A stretch of DNA of 64,000 nt from an uncultured Gammaproteobacteria bacterium (GCA_964597575.1 CAZQXB010000001.1:274111-338110), one strand, 5' to 3'. Counted from the stretch's first letter, positions 39,511-50,144 are shown. The notes: a model not told the origin generated them from the sequence alone. Numbers and translations are program-made.

Positions 39511-40779
39511 ATGTGGGAAACTCTGAAACGCGTGTGGGCAGTTAAAGAAATTCGTCACAGCATGCTCTTTGTGTTGGGGGTATTAGTAGTATTTCGTATT
39601 ACTGCTCATATTCCAGTTCCTGGTGTTGATGTGAATGCCCTTCGTCAGTTTTTGTCTGGAAACGAAATTTTTGGTTTGCTTAACATCTTTGCGGGTGGAA
39701 GCATTCAAAACTTTTCGATTATCATGCTCGGTATTGGGCCCTACATCACTGCGTCCATCATCTTTCAGCTTTTGGCCATGGTAGTCCCAGCTTTTGAAGA
39801 GCTTTCAAATGAAGGGGAGACCGGACGACAGAAAATCAACATGTATACTCGTATTGCAACGGTACCACTTGCTTTGCTTCAAGGGTACTCCTTTTTGCAA
39901 CTGCTTCGCTCGTCGCAGCATCAAGTATTTACGACTGACTCTACTTGGCACATTCTCGCGGTTATGCTCATCGTGACCGCCGGCACCATCTTCCTTATGT
40001 GGCTTGGGGAATTGGTTACTGAGAAAAAGATCGGAAACGGAATTTCCTTGCTCATTTTTGCGGGTATCGTCGCATCGTTTCCGACCTACGTACAAAACGC
40101 TGTAGCAAACTACACTCCTGCTGACCTCACCACCTATATCTTGTTTGCCGCGATTGTTGTTGCAACTATTGTTGGCGTGGTTTTTGTCTCAGAAGGGCAA
40201 CGGAATATTCCAGTTCAGTACGCACGTCAGGCGAGCCGTGGCCGTGGGGTTGGGGCGGTTATGAGTCAGCTTCCGCTTCGGGTGAATATGGCAGGGGTAA
40301 TTCCGATCATCTTTGCGGTGTCGCTTATGCTCATGCCAACGGTGATCGCTCAGTTTTTCCTGAATGGTACCGGTCGTCTTGCTTCACTTGCGCAATCAGT
40401 AACACTTCTCTTCCAGAATCAACTCTTTTACGGAATTCTCTACTTTGTGATGGTGTTTGGGTTTACCTACTTCTACACCTCCGTAGTATTTCAGCCAAGA
40501 AAGATTGCCGAGAACTTGCAGCGTCAAGGCGGGTTTATTCCAGGAATTCGTCCAGGAAAAGAAACCGAAGAGTATCTTTCACGTACCATGACTCGTTTGG
40601 TGTTTGTCGGAGCGCTCTTCTTGGCCATGATCGCCATCTTGCCTCTTCTCATGCAGCTCGTCACCAGCTCACAAAACTTAGTGATTGGCGGAACGAGTTT
40701 GCTTATCGTGGTTTCAGTAGCTATTGAAATTGCGAAACAGCTTGAGTCGCAGCTCACCATGCACGAATACGATCGGTAA
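39511..40779 (+). CDS. secY: Preprotein translocase SecY
   Basis: LGIGPYITASII, GNGISL, GVIPIIFA, IPGIRPG, GGTSLLI. Confidence 0.99.
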   Translation: MWETLKRVWAVKEIRHSMLFVLGVLVVFRITAHIPVPGVDVNALRQFLSGNEIFGLLNIFAGGSIQNFSIIMLGIGPYITASIIFQLLAMVVPAFEELSNEGETGRQKINMYTRIATVPLALLQGYSFLQLLRSSQHQVFTTDSTWHILAVMLIVTAGTIFLMWLGELVTEKKIGNGISLLIFAGIVASFPTYVQNAVANYTPADLTTYILFAAIVVATIVGVVFVSEGQRNIPVQYARQASRGRGVGAVMSQLPLRVNMAGVIPIIFAVSLMLMPTVIAQFFLNGTGRLASLAQSVTLLFQNQLFYGILYFVMVFGFTYFYTSVVFQPRKIAENLQRQGGFIPGIRPGKETEEYLSRTMTRLVFVGALFLAMIAILPLLMQLVTSSQNLVIGGTSLLIVVSVAIEIAKQLESQLTMHEYDR

Positions 40780-40797
40780 AATTTTCTCTTTCGAATG

Positions 40798-40826
40798 AAA
40801 GTCCTCCGGTGACCCCGGGGGCTTTT
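40798..40826 (+). terminator. Terminator after secY
   Basis: AAAGTCCTCCGG/CCGGGGGCTTTT. Confidence 0.8.
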
Positions 40827-40919
40827 AATTCCCCCCACCCTGAAGCCTTGAAAAAAGGAGGGAGATATGATATGGTTCTTGTGTAGAAAATACCTTCTCA
40901 TTCAACGTCACTACATTCT

Positions 40920-41264
40920 ATGAGTCTTTTCTCAGAGCTTATTGGCCAAGTGACAGGCCGAAAGTCAAATTCTTCACGAGGGTCAGAGGATAGTTCTGGT
41001 AGCCAAGGTTCCGTATTGGTCGTGACGAACGACATGATTAATGAGGTTTCAAATCGTACCGTAGGGGGGCTCAGTGCAGACCGAGATTACAGTACCGAAA
41101 CAAAGGAGGATATGGTTCGTGAAGCACTTCGTGGGGCAAGAAACGGAACAGACACAAATAGCGGGAAAATCGAAAAAGCGCTGAGAAAGCTTAAGACTCC
41201 TGGCGGAAATAGACTCATTTCAGATGGTACCATAGATAAAATTATCGCAAGATTTTCTAATTAA
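40920..41264 (+). CDS. Hypothetical protein inserted between secY and adk
   Basis: Clean 114-aa ORF ending 6 bp before adk. Confidence 0.65.
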   Translation: MSLFSELIGQVTGRKSNSSRGSEDSSGSQGSVLVVTNDMINEVSNRTVGGLSADRDYSTETKEDMVREALRGARNGTDTNSGKIEKALRKLKTPGGNRLISDGTIDKIIARFSN

Positions 41265-41270
41265 ACATTC

Positions 41271-41849
41271 ATGAAGCATATTACAATTCTCCTCGGAGTT
41301 CCGGGGAGTGGAAAAGGAACGCAGGCAGAACGGTTAGCAAAAGAAGGGTATAGCCATATTTCAACCGGGGAAATGCTCAAGGCATTGGAATTCAATCCGA
41401 ATGCCCTTCCTGATGAAATTGCCGCTCTTGAAGCTGTGAAAAAGGGTGACATGGCTCCTGATCATGTGGTCTTTCGTCACTTATTTACGAGGCTTGATGC
41501 AGAAATTCCTCTTGGGTTAGACATTGTTATTGATGGAGCTCCACGTTCTGTTCGACAGGCAGAGATTCTCGAAGAATACTTTACTCGTATGGAAGCAAAT
41601 GATCGAGTAAAGGTGATTGAGATTCATGTGCCTGACGAAGAAATCATGAAGCGTCTTCAAATGCGGAAAGCCGCCGGGGTTCGTCGTGTGGACGATGATC
41701 CAGAAATCATGAAGCATCGCATTGAGCAGCAGGGAAATGCTTCTATTTCTAAAATCGTGGCATTCTATAAAGAGCGAGGACAATTATCCGTTGTTGATGG
41801 TTTAAAATCAATTGAAGAGGTTTCGTCCGAAATTAAGGCTCTTCTCTAA
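41271..41849 (+). CDS. adk: Adenylate kinase (short-LID type)
   Basis: GVPGSGKGTQ, HISTGEM, IDGAPR, RVDD. Confidence 0.92.
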   Translation: MKHITILLGVPGSGKGTQAERLAKEGYSHISTGEMLKALEFNPNALPDEIAALEAVKKGDMAPDHVVFRHLFTRLDAEIPLGLDIVIDGAPRSVRQAEILEEYFTRMEANDRVKVIEIHVPDEEIMKRLQMRKAAGVRRVDDDPEIMKHRIEQQGNASISKIVAFYKERGQLSVVDGLKSIEEVSSEIKALL

Positions 41850-41872
41850 AGAAGACAAAGAATTATTTTCGT

Positions 41873-42670
41873 ATGTCGTACACCAAAAAAGCCCATGAAG
41901 TGCAGGCTATCGAAGAAGGTGGTAAGCGTATGGGGGAAATTCTCGATACACTGGTCGACATGGTGCGCCCCGGTGTTTTGTTGTCCGACATCGATGCGAA
42001 AGCGGAAGCGCTTATTATCGCTGCAGGTGGTGTGCCCGCTTTTAAAGGGTATCGTCCGAGAGGTATTTCAACACCGTTTCCAGGAACGATCTGTGCTTCG
42101 GTGAACGATGAGGTGGTTCACGGGATTCCAGGTCCCGGGCGCATGCTTCTTGATGGAGATATTTTTACGATAGACATTGGTATGCGCTGGCCAGAAGGGA
42201 AAGGATATTTTACTGATACTGCGGTTACAGTAGCTGTGGGAAAGCCTAAGCCTGAGGCACTCGAATTAATGCGCGTTACAAGAGAGTCGCTTGAGGTTGG
42301 GATTCGTGAATGTGTGGCCGGGAAAACCATTGCGGATATTGGTCGTGCCATTGAAAATTATGTCAAAAGTCAGGGGGAGTATGGTATTGTCCGCGATTTA
42401 TGTGGACATGGGGTCGGGCATGCGGTTCATGAAGCTCCGTTTGTGCTCAACTATTACGATCGAAAAATGGAAGAATGGGAGTTAAAACCAGGTGTGGTGC
42501 TTGCGCTTGAGCCTATGATTACACTTGGAGATTGGCGCGTAAACACCAAGGAAGACGATTGGACCATTGTAACTGCTGATGGAAGTTTGGCAGCTCATTA
42601 CGAACATACCGTTATTATTACCGATGGCGAACCTGTGGTTGCAACTCGCCGTGCGAGCGAAGTTGTATAG
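41873..42670 (+). CDS. map: Methionine aminopeptidase type I
   Basis: SVNDEVVHGIP, GHGVGHAVHE, LEPM, AHYEHT. Confidence 0.97.
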   Translation: MSYTKKAHEVQAIEEGGKRMGEILDTLVDMVRPGVLLSDIDAKAEALIIAAGGVPAFKGYRPRGISTPFPGTICASVNDEVVHGIPGPGRMLLDGDIFTIDIGMRWPEGKGYFTDTAVTVAVGKPKPEALELMRVTRESLEVGIRECVAGKTIADIGRAIENYVKSQGEYGIVRDLCGHGVGHAVHEAPFVLNYYDRKMEEWELKPGVVLALEPMITLGDWRVNTKEDDWTIVTADGSLAAHYEHTVIITDGEPVVATRRASEVV

Positions 42671-42671
42671 T

Positions 42672-43055
42672 ATGAATGTTCTTGGAGTTGATGTCGGAAA
42701 AAAAAGAACTGGTTTAGCATGGATTGATACTGCGATTGGGGTTATCTTGCCCTACGGTGTCATAGAAAGCTCTGGAAACGAGGTAATAACAGCGCTCGAG
42801 AAATATATTACAGAAGAAAAAATAGAGGCCATAGTGTTTGGGCTTCCTTTAAATAATGAAGGAGAGGAAACCGATGCGTGTCGCGATATTCGTTTACTTG
42901 GAAATGCTATTCAGCAAAAGATGCATGTCGAGGTGGCGTATGAAGACGAACGATTTTCTTCTCGGCTTGGGGATGCTATGGGTGGAGATGCTACGCGTGA
43001 CGAAAAGGCCGCCATGGCCATTCTTGATACCTATATTCAAAAAAGAAAAAAATAA
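42672..43055 (+). CDS. ruvX: YqgF/RuvX pre-16S rRNA nuclease
   Basis: LGVDVGKKRTGLA, VFGLP, DERFSS, DEKAA..IL. Confidence 0.92.
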   Translation: MNVLGVDVGKKRTGLAWIDTAIGVILPYGVIESSGNEVITALEKYITEEKIEAIVFGLPLNNEGEETDACRDIRLLGNAIQQKMHVEVAYEDERFSSRLGDAMGGDATRDEKAAMAILDTYIQKRKK

Positions 43056-43067
43056 TTTTGCGGGCTT

Positions 43068-43787
43068 ATGCACGCGCTTGTTCTTTCTCGCGCGCCGCGT
43101 CAGGAATATGATGAGCGTCTTACCTTTCTTTCGGAAGGCGATCAGCTTATTGAAGCGATTGCGCGCGGTTCGAAAAAAAATACCAGCAAAAATTCATTTC
43201 ATCTTGAACCTGGAACGCACATTGAGGTAGAAATTGTTCAGGGGAAAGAGCAGCGCTATGTGGGGAGTGTGGTGCCTCTTGAAGACGCGATGTTTTTAAG
43301 CACGAATGTGCTTGCTCTTCAGGCACTCATGTATGCTACCTCACTCGTATCACGAGTTTTTGAAGAGCGGGCAGACTATCAAGGATTCTACCGATTCTTT
43401 ATTCGGTGGCGTCAAAAACTCCAGAGAAACGAAGGGTCGGTTACTGCTGCAATGGCAGAATTTTTTGCCTTCTCACTCTCAAGTTTAGGATATGAGCCTG
43501 TGGTCAATGAATGTGCCCATTGTGCAAAAGCATTGTCCGAACCATATTTTTTTAGCCATACGCATGGCGGTATGATCTGTGCTGTTTGTAAAGGTTTGAT
43601 GGTTCATTCATTACATCAAGCGACCTTGCTTACCTCAGAGGAGTTTGGTTTTCTACGCACGCTCTTTACGGAGAAGCAGGGGGGTACCCCGGAGCTAAGA
43701 TCAGAAAAAATACACTCACTCCTCCGTTCGTTTCTCGAATTTCATCTCGAACAATCGATTCCTCCATTCACACCTTTTTCTCTGTAA
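43068..43787 (+). CDS. recO: DNA repair protein RecO
   Basis: EYD...AIARG OB fold; LGYEP..CAHC...GGMICAVC zinc finger. Confidence 0.85.
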   Translation: MHALVLSRAPRQEYDERLTFLSEGDQLIEAIARGSKKNTSKNSFHLEPGTHIEVEIVQGKEQRYVGSVVPLEDAMFLSTNVLALQALMYATSLVSRVFEERADYQGFYRFFIRWRQKLQRNEGSVTAAMAEFFAFSLSSLGYEPVVNECAHCAKALSEPYFFSHTHGGMICAVCKGLMVHSLHQATLLTSEEFGFLRTLFTEKQGGTPELRSEKIHSLLRSFLEFHLEQSIPPFTPFSL

Positions 43788-43850
43788 AACAAAAAGGGTA
43801 GTCGTTTTTCGACATACCCGCCCTCCGAGACCCCCCTTCCAAAAGCACCT

Positions 43851-43955
43851 CTATCTGTCGAGATAGGCGTAGATCATCCATCCGATCATCCCAGCGGTAA
43901 GAAGGGTTGCGAAGTTTACTGCGAGAAATTCAGGATCTTGCCATATTGTAGACAT
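43851..43955 (-). CDS. 34-aa single-TM small protein
   Basis: MSTIWQDPEFLAVNFATLLTAGMIGWMIYAYLDR; own TTGACT-17-TACAAT promoter (44065-44037). Confidence 0.5.
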   Translation of the reverse strand: MSTIWQDPEFLAVNFATLLTAGMIGWMIYAYLDR

Positions 43956-44136
43956 TCTTTTTTTCACGGAAAAACTTCTCCTTATTTGCCTTATTTTAGC
44001 AAAAAATGTAAATATTTTTTCTGTTTGGAGGTAGGTATTGTACGCCTCGGTGGGGTTCAAGTCAATCGACATACCTCTTCGTATTGCGAAGAGGAGGATC
44101 TCGTGATAGGATGAAAAAGCCATTTTTGAATTGATT

Positions 44137-45432
44137 ATGCAGACATTCATAACACAACTTGCTGAACGTGTCGGCGCGGAAGTTTTGATCCAAGGTTGGG
44201 TGCACAACACGCGTTCTTCAGGGTCAGTCATGTTTATTGAACTCCGTGACGGAACAGGGTTTATTCAGGCGGTTATTGCAAAGCCAAGTGTTTCGGAAGA
44301 AGTGTGGGCAAAAGCGCAGTCTCTCACCCAAGAATCATCTGTTGCGCTCACGGGTACGGTTTCAAAGCACCCCAAAAAAGAAAATGTTTTTGAACTTCAG
44401 GTGAAGGACATAAAAATTTATCAAATTGCAGAAGAGTATCCGATTGGGAATAAAGAACATGGTCCAGACTTTCTTATGGACCATCGACATCTTTGGCTCC
44501 GCAGTTCCCGCCAATGGGCAATTTTGCGTATTCGTGATGTGGTAACTGCGGCAATTCAGGAATACTTGCACAGCGAGCATTTTGTCCGCACCGATTCACC
44601 CGTATTCACGCCGAATGCGTGTGAAGGAACAACGAATCTTTTCCCGGTGAATTATTTCGATGAAGGAACCGCCTATCTTTCTCAATCAGGACAATTGTAT
44701 ATTGAAGCTGCCATTGCATCGGTTGGTCGATGTTATGATTTTGGTCCAGTGTTCCGTGCTGAGAAAAGCAAAACCAAACGACATTTGGCGGAATTTTGGA
44801 TGATGGACGCAGAGGCTGCCTTTGTTGAGCATGATGAAAATTTGCGTATCCAAGAAGCGTTGGTAAAACATATTGTGAAGCGTTGCTTAGAAAAATGTCA
44901 GGCAGAGTTTGCGGTGCTTGAGCGTGACATAACAAAACTCCAAAAAATTGTTGATCTTCCATTTAAGCGCCTCACTTACGACGAAGCGATTCCAGAACTC
45001 AACCGCTTAGGTTCAGATATTAAGCATGGTGAAGATTTAGGGAACGATGATGAAGCCATGCTTACGAAAGATTCTGACGTACCTATCTTTATTGAGAAAT
45101 GGCCACGTGAAATCAAATCGTTTTACATGAAAGTTGATCCGTCAAATTCCGAGCGGGTATTTAATGCTGACCTTATTGCAACGGAGGGAGCGGGGGAGAT
45201 TATTGGTGGAAGTCAGCGCGAAGAAAGTAAAGAACTTCTTTTAGAACGTATTCGGAAAGAAAATCTTCCTGAAGCTGAATTTGAGTGGTATCTTGATACG
45301 CGCCGTTTTGGTGCCGTACCACATTCTGGTTTTGGAATTGGGCTTGAGCGTATGGTGCGCTGGATGTCGGGGGTAGAGCATATTCGGGAATGTATTCCGT
45401 TTCCTCGGACGATTTCGAGACTTCGACCGTAA
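44137..45432 (+). CDS. asnS: Asparagine--tRNA ligase
   Basis: YLSQSGQLY, FRAEKSKTKRHLAEFWM, EIIGGSQRE, GFGIGLER. Confidence 0.97.
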   Translation: MQTFITQLAERVGAEVLIQGWVHNTRSSGSVMFIELRDGTGFIQAVIAKPSVSEEVWAKAQSLTQESSVALTGTVSKHPKKENVFELQVKDIKIYQIAEEYPIGNKEHGPDFLMDHRHLWLRSSRQWAILRIRDVVTAAIQEYLHSEHFVRTDSPVFTPNACEGTTNLFPVNYFDEGTAYLSQSGQLYIEAAIASVGRCYDFGPVFRAEKSKTKRHLAEFWMMDAEAAFVEHDENLRIQEALVKHIVKRCLEKCQAEFAVLERDITKLQKIVDLPFKRLTYDEAIPELNRLGSDIKHGEDLGNDDEAMLTKDSDVPIFIEKWPREIKSFYMKVDPSNSERVFNADLIATEGAGEIIGGSQREESKELLLERIRKENLPEAEFEWYLDTRRFGAVPHSGFGIGLERMVRWMSGVEHIRECIPFPRTISRLRP

Positions 45433-45440
45433 GATACTGT

Positions 45441-46439
45441 ATGGCAAAACGCGGAAAAGGAGCCTCACAATCACAGGGAATCCCTGAACTTTTTATTGAA
45501 CGACTGAAAGAGATGGTCGGTGATTCTGTTTTTTCACGCATTAAAAGTACGTTTGCTGAGCGCCCCACCACGTTTCGTGTGAATACGCTCAAAACTACGA
45601 AAGCCGAAGTCAAAGAAGTATTATTTTCTCAGGGCTTTAAAATGAAGGATGTTTCCTGGATGCCTGATGCGTTTATTTTGCAAAACAAAACGAAGCGTGA
45701 ATTAACCGACACTGATTTGTATAAGCAGGGAAAAATTTATATCCAAAGCTTAGCGAGCATGGTTCCGCCGATTATTCTCCAACCAAAACCCGGTGAAAAA
45801 GTTCTCGATCTCACGGCAGCTCCAGGAAGCAAAACGTCACAGATGGCCGCGATGATGCAGGGAAAAGGAGAGCTTGTGGCGAATGATGTGAACAAAGTGC
45901 GCTTTTTCAAACTCAAACACAACATGGAAATTTTAGGAGTTACCGATGAGCGCCCTGATTGGACGTTTAAGCTCCGTATGGAACATGGAGCAGATCTTGT
46001 TCGTGAATACCCGAATTATTTCGATAAAATTTTGGTTGATGCTCCTTGCAGTGCCGAAGCCCGTTTCGTCGAAGGGGAGCGAGAAACCTATGGATATTGG
46101 AAAGAAGCGAAAATAAAAGAAATGGCCTATAAGCAGCGCCAACTTCTTTTGTCGGTGTGGAGCGCGCTTAAACCCGGAGGGCTTTTAGTCTATTCCACCT
46201 GTACGTTTGCGCCTGAAGAAAATGAGGCTCAAGTTTCCCGTTTATTAGAGCGTTTTCTTGATGCGGAAATTGAGTCTGTGTGTGTTGATGGGTTAACGGC
46301 CATACCAATTCTTAAAGCATGGAAAGAAAAATCATTTCACGAAGGGGTCAAAAAAACATTACGTATTCTTCCGACTAATGAAATTGAGGGATTTTATATC
46401 GCACTCATTCGCAAAAAAATAAACCCGACTAACACCTAG
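45441..46439 (+). CDS. RsmB/RsmF (NOL1/NOP2/Sun) RNA m5C methyltransferase
   Basis: DLTAAPGSKT, ILVDAPCS, VYSTCT..PEENE. Confidence 0.93.
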   Translation: MAKRGKGASQSQGIPELFIERLKEMVGDSVFSRIKSTFAERPTTFRVNTLKTTKAEVKEVLFSQGFKMKDVSWMPDAFILQNKTKRELTDTDLYKQGKIYIQSLASMVPPIILQPKPGEKVLDLTAAPGSKTSQMAAMMQGKGELVANDVNKVRFFKLKHNMEILGVTDERPDWTFKLRMEHGADLVREYPNYFDKILVDAPCSAEARFVEGERETYGYWKEAKIKEMAYKQRQLLLSVWSALKPGGLLVYSTCTFAPEENEAQVSRLLERFLDAEIESVCVDGLTAIPILKAWKEKSFHEGVKKTLRILPTNEIEGFYIALIRKKINPTNT

Positions 46440-46642
46440 CGTAGGTCGGGCTCTTCTTCCTTTTGGTTTACTCCTTTCTTTTTCGCCCGCCATCCTCCCC
46501 AGGCGGTTTTTAGGCGTGGTACCCATACTTCATGGGTGAATACAGCTATGGCCACGGCCAGAATCATCATGAGCATGGCTCGATCACCAGTCGTGTTGAA
46601 GAGAAGCGTGTCGAGAAGATACTCTCCTGGCTCCTGATACAT
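46436..46642 (-). CDS. 68-aa single-TM hypothetical protein
   Basis: Hydrophobic core and basic tail; TTGACA-type promoter upstream. Confidence 0.5.
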   Translation of the reverse strand: MYQEPGEYLLDTLLFNTTGDRAMLMMILAVAIAVFTHEVWVPRLKTAWGGWRAKKKGVNQKEEEPDLR

Positions 46643-46959
46643 ATATATACCCTAATTGATCGGGTATTTTTTGTCAAAATGAAAAGGGCCACCGCGTCGC
46701 AGCCCTCTTGGAAGAGAAAAACGACGCGGTGGTGGGGCAGTGCTCGTGATTCAACGAGTGTTAGAAGAGGAAAGGGTAGAGACATTTGGGTCTATGCCCT
46801 CTGTCTACCTTCATCCTGTCAATGAGCACGTTATTGTTTACTCCTTTTGTCCAAAATTTTGGACAGGAAAGAGCATATAAAAAAACACCGCTTGTTAAGC
46901 GGGTAGGGGGGGGGCGTAGATCCCTCCGAAGAAGTGGTTCAGAAGAATCTACGCTGTTC

Positions 46960-47553
46960 TTAACTCCACGAATGGGTATTTTTTGCGGTCGTTAGGAGTA
47001 GTGCGTGGAGGTCCATCATGTGATTTTCGTGGTCTCCGGCAAGCTCGCTACACATTCGGCTTACCTTCTGACCTTGGTGGTCGAACTTTTGGATCTCACG
47101 AATCACATAGTCAAGCATGAAGACCATGTGGCTGGGGTCTGATCTCCAAATAAGGCCACGGAGATCCAAGTACATCGCCTCGTACTCGGCCCTGGCTCGC
47201 TCAAGCTCTATACTCCGTGGTGGCGGAGGAGCTGCGGAGACCACTACCACCCTCGTTACTCTCGTTTCGACTTTAGGCGGCTCTTCCTTCGGAGGTGGGG
47301 GCAATTTCTCCGGAGGAGGCACTGGGAGTGTGCTACTCTGCTGTCGTACCCTGTGACCCCAGGTGTAGAGGAGTACGGAGACGAAGAGGATGATGAGTAG
47401 TTCGAGAATTCGCGGATCCGCCGTCTTTTCTTCTGTGATGAAATGAACCATGAAAAGGGTGGTCGCACACGCTGCCAGGGAGACGGCAAAAGCCGTGCTA
47501 TTGTTCCTGAGATGCCGCACAACCCAGGGATCAGAGTGTCGCTTTGTTTTCAT
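46960..47553 (-). CDS. GC-rich orphan membrane protein (2 TM, Pro-rich linker, helical C-domain)
   Basis: SD AAGGAGG; own promoter and terminator. Confidence 0.65.
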   Translation of the reverse strand: MKTKRHSDPWVVRHLRNNSTAFAVSLAACATTLFMVHFITEEKTADPRILELLIILFVSVLLYTWGHRVRQQSSTLPVPPPEKLPPPPKEEPPKVETRVTRVVVVSAAPPPPRSIELERARAEYEAMYLDLRGLIWRSDPSHMVFMLDYVIREIQKFDHQGQKVSRMCSELAGDHENHMMDLHALLLTTAKNTHSWS

Positions 47554-47674
47554 CGACTTTCCTCCTTCTAAGATTAAGAGTAAGCCTGTCAAAAAGGCTT
47601 GTCAAATGGGTATATTTTCCCTCTTGTCAGAAGGAGAAATTATGCTATACTACGAACACTATTTTGTTATCTGT

Positions 47675-49447
47675 ATGTACCGAACACACACCTGCGGAGC
47701 CTTGCGCAAAGAAGAGGTAGGTCAGTCAGTAACGATATCGGGCTGGGTTCATAAACGTCGCGATTTAGGCGGTCTTATTTTTGTTGATTTGCGTGATCGG
47801 TACGGCATGACCCAGGTAGTATTTCACCCTGAAACAGTGAAAGATTTTACTATTGCTGAATCGCTCAAATACGAATACGTTATCCGAATTGAAGGGGAGG
47901 TTATGCTCCGCGATGAGAAAGCCATTAACCGAGATTTGGTTACGGGAGAAATTGAAGTGCGTGCAAAAACAGTTGAAATTTTGAGCCGTGCTAAAGCCAT
48001 GCCATTTGAAATTTTTGATGCTGGCAAAGGCGAAGAAGATGAAGAGATTCGTTTGAAGTATCGTTTCCTTGAACTTCGCCGTGAGAAATTAAAAAATAAT
48101 ATCTTGTTTCGCGCGAAAATGATTAAACATATTCGCGAGTACATGGAGTCACGCAATTTTATTGATATTGCGACACCTATTTTAACGGTGTCTTCGCCAG
48201 AAGGTGCACGTGATTTTTTGGTGCCGAGCCGTATTCACCCAGGAAAATTTTATGCGCTTCCACAAGCGCCTCAGCAGTATAAACAGTTGCTCATGGTAGC
48301 TGGGTTTGATCGGTATTATCAAATTGCGCCATGTATGCGCGATGAAGACCCGCGGGCAGATCGCTCCCCGGGAGAGTTTTATCAGCTCGACTGTGAAACA
48401 TCATTTCTGACAAGAGAAGAATTTTTCCAACTCATGGAGCCGTTGTTTGTTGAGCTTACTGAAAAAGTGGCTGGCAAGAAAGTTCAAGAGAAGCCATTTC
48501 CTCGGATTAAATACCGTGAAGTCATGGAGACGTACGGAGTAGATCGCCCTGATTTACGTTTCGACATGAAAATTCAGAATGTCTCTGAGTGGGCCAAGAA
48601 GACATCGTTTAGTGTCTTTTCATCGGCTGAATTTGTACGAGCGCTCGTTGTGCCGGGCGGTGCTGCTTTATCCCGAAAAGACATTGATGGGGAATATAGC
48701 GATGTTGCCAGACGTGCGAAAGCAAAAGGTTTGGCGTGGCTCAAATTTCAAAATAATGCGTTTGAAGGAACTATTGCTAAGTTTTTTACCTCTGAAGAAT
48801 TTGCTGCGCTTCAAGCCGCCGTACAACCAGAAGAGGGAAGTATTGTCTTTTTTGTGGCAGACGCTTGGGAGGTATCGTGTAAAGCGCTTGGTGCAGTGCG
48901 TGCCTTTGCAGGAGAAAAAATGGGTTTGGCTGACCCGAACGTAATCGCTTGGGCTTGGGTCGTAGATTTTCCATTTTTTGAGTGGAACGAAGATGATAAG
49001 AAGGTAGACTTCGCGCACAACCCATTTTCCATGCCACAAGGTGGGCTCGAAGCACTGAATACCAAAGACCCGCTCACAATCGATGCCGACCAGTACGACA
49101 TTATTGCAAATGGGCTGGAATTATCGAGTGGAGCTGTGCGTAATAAAGATCCAGAAGTGATGTATCGTGCCTTTGAAATCGCGGGCTACGATCGTTCTGT
49201 GGTCGATAAAAAGTTTGGCCACATGATCGATGCGTTTGAATATGGCGCACCACCTCACTGCGGGTTTGCCCCGGGAATTGATCGCCTCGTTATGCTTCTC
49301 ACGGGCGAGAAAAATATTCGCGCAGTTGTTCCATTTCCAAAAAATCAACGAGCAGAAGAACCAATGATGGGAAGCCCAAGTGAAGTCAGTGATAAACAAT
49401 TAAAAGACTTACATATTCGTGTTGCTGCTGACGGTCCACGTACGTAA
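47675..49447 (+). CDS. aspS: Aspartate--tRNA ligase
   Basis: MYRTHTCG, PEGARDFLVP, LPQAPQQYKQ, GAPPHCG..GIDR. Confidence 0.98.
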   Translation: MYRTHTCGALRKEEVGQSVTISGWVHKRRDLGGLIFVDLRDRYGMTQVVFHPETVKDFTIAESLKYEYVIRIEGEVMLRDEKAINRDLVTGEIEVRAKTVEILSRAKAMPFEIFDAGKGEEDEEIRLKYRFLELRREKLKNNILFRAKMIKHIREYMESRNFIDIATPILTVSSPEGARDFLVPSRIHPGKFYALPQAPQQYKQLLMVAGFDRYYQIAPCMRDEDPRADRSPGEFYQLDCETSFLTREEFFQLMEPLFVELTEKVAGKKVQEKPFPRIKYREVMETYGVDRPDLRFDMKIQNVSEWAKKTSFSVFSSAEFVRALVVPGGAALSRKDIDGEYSDVARRAKAKGLAWLKFQNNAFEGTIAKFFTSEEFAALQAAVQPEEGSIVFFVADAWEVSCKALGAVRAFAGEKMGLADPNVIAWAWVVDFPFFEWNEDDKKVDFAHNPFSMPQGGLEALNTKDPLTIDADQYDIIANGLELSSGAVRNKDPEVMYRAFEIAGYDRSVVDKKFGHMIDAFEYGAPPHCGFAPGIDRLVMLLTGEKNIRAVVPFPKNQRAEEPMMGSPSEVSDKQLKDLHIRVAADGPRT

Positions 49448-49451
49448 CCCT

Positions 49452-50144
49452 ATGACCATTGCCTTCCAGCTTGGGCAATTCAGTGGACCGCTTGATCTTC
49501 TTCTCTCGCTTCTCTCTGAGGAGAGGTTGTCGATTAATGATGTTTCGCTTTCAGCTGTCACGGAACAGTACTTGCGCTACTTAGATTCTTTGGAGGAACG
49601 AAATGCCGATGAGTTGGCCGACTTCTTGGTGGTCGCTGCAAAATTACTGTTGCTAAAATCTAAAACCCTTTTACCTAATTTTCTTCCAGAAGAAGAGGAT
49701 GGAGGAAGTTTAGAAGCACAACTCAAGTTGTATAAACAGTTTGTTGATGCAAGTAAAAAAGTGCACAAGCTGTGGTTGAGCCCGTGGCGTAGCATTGGCC
49801 GAGAGCGCACGGTAAAGAAACCAGACGGGTTTGTGCCTCCAAGTAATGTAACCGCCGAGCGTTTGGTGATGGCAATGAAAAGTATCGTGAATCGGTTAGC
49901 CCCACCGAAACCTCTTCCGCAGACCCACATCGATAAATCTATTTCACTCAAAGAAAAGATTGATGCGATTCGTCGATTGGTTTCTTCAGGTCAGCGCCTG
50001 CTTTTCCATGAAATTTTAGAAAGTTCTCAAAACAAAACAGAAATTATTGTCAGCTTTCTCGCGATTCTCGAACTCATGAAACAGCAACAGATATTTTTAG
50101 AGCAAAGTGATTCTTTTAGTGATATCATGATCCTACCTGTATGA
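49452..50144 (+). CDS. scpA: Segregation and condensation protein A
   Basis: FSGPLDLLL, ADFLVVAAKLL..KSK.LLP, FLAILEL. Confidence 0.95.
   Translation: MTIAFQLGQFSGPLDLLLSLLSEERLSINDVSLSAVTEQYLRYLDSLEERNADELADFLVVAAKLLLLKSKTLLPNFLPEEEDGGSLEAQLKLYKQFVDASKKVHKLWLSPWRSIGRERTVKKPDGFVPPSNVTAERLVMAMKSIVNRLAPPKPLPQTHIDKSISLKEKIDAIRRLVSSGQRLLFHEILESSQNKTEIIVSFLAILELMKQQQIFLEQSDSFSDIMILPV

Noticed and set aside
44027-44130. Possible Asn-sensing leader or T-box before asnS
   Set aside because: Explained by divergent promoters (TTGCGA-17-TAGGAT plus; TTGACT-17-TACAAT minus); no Asn-rich uORF or terminator
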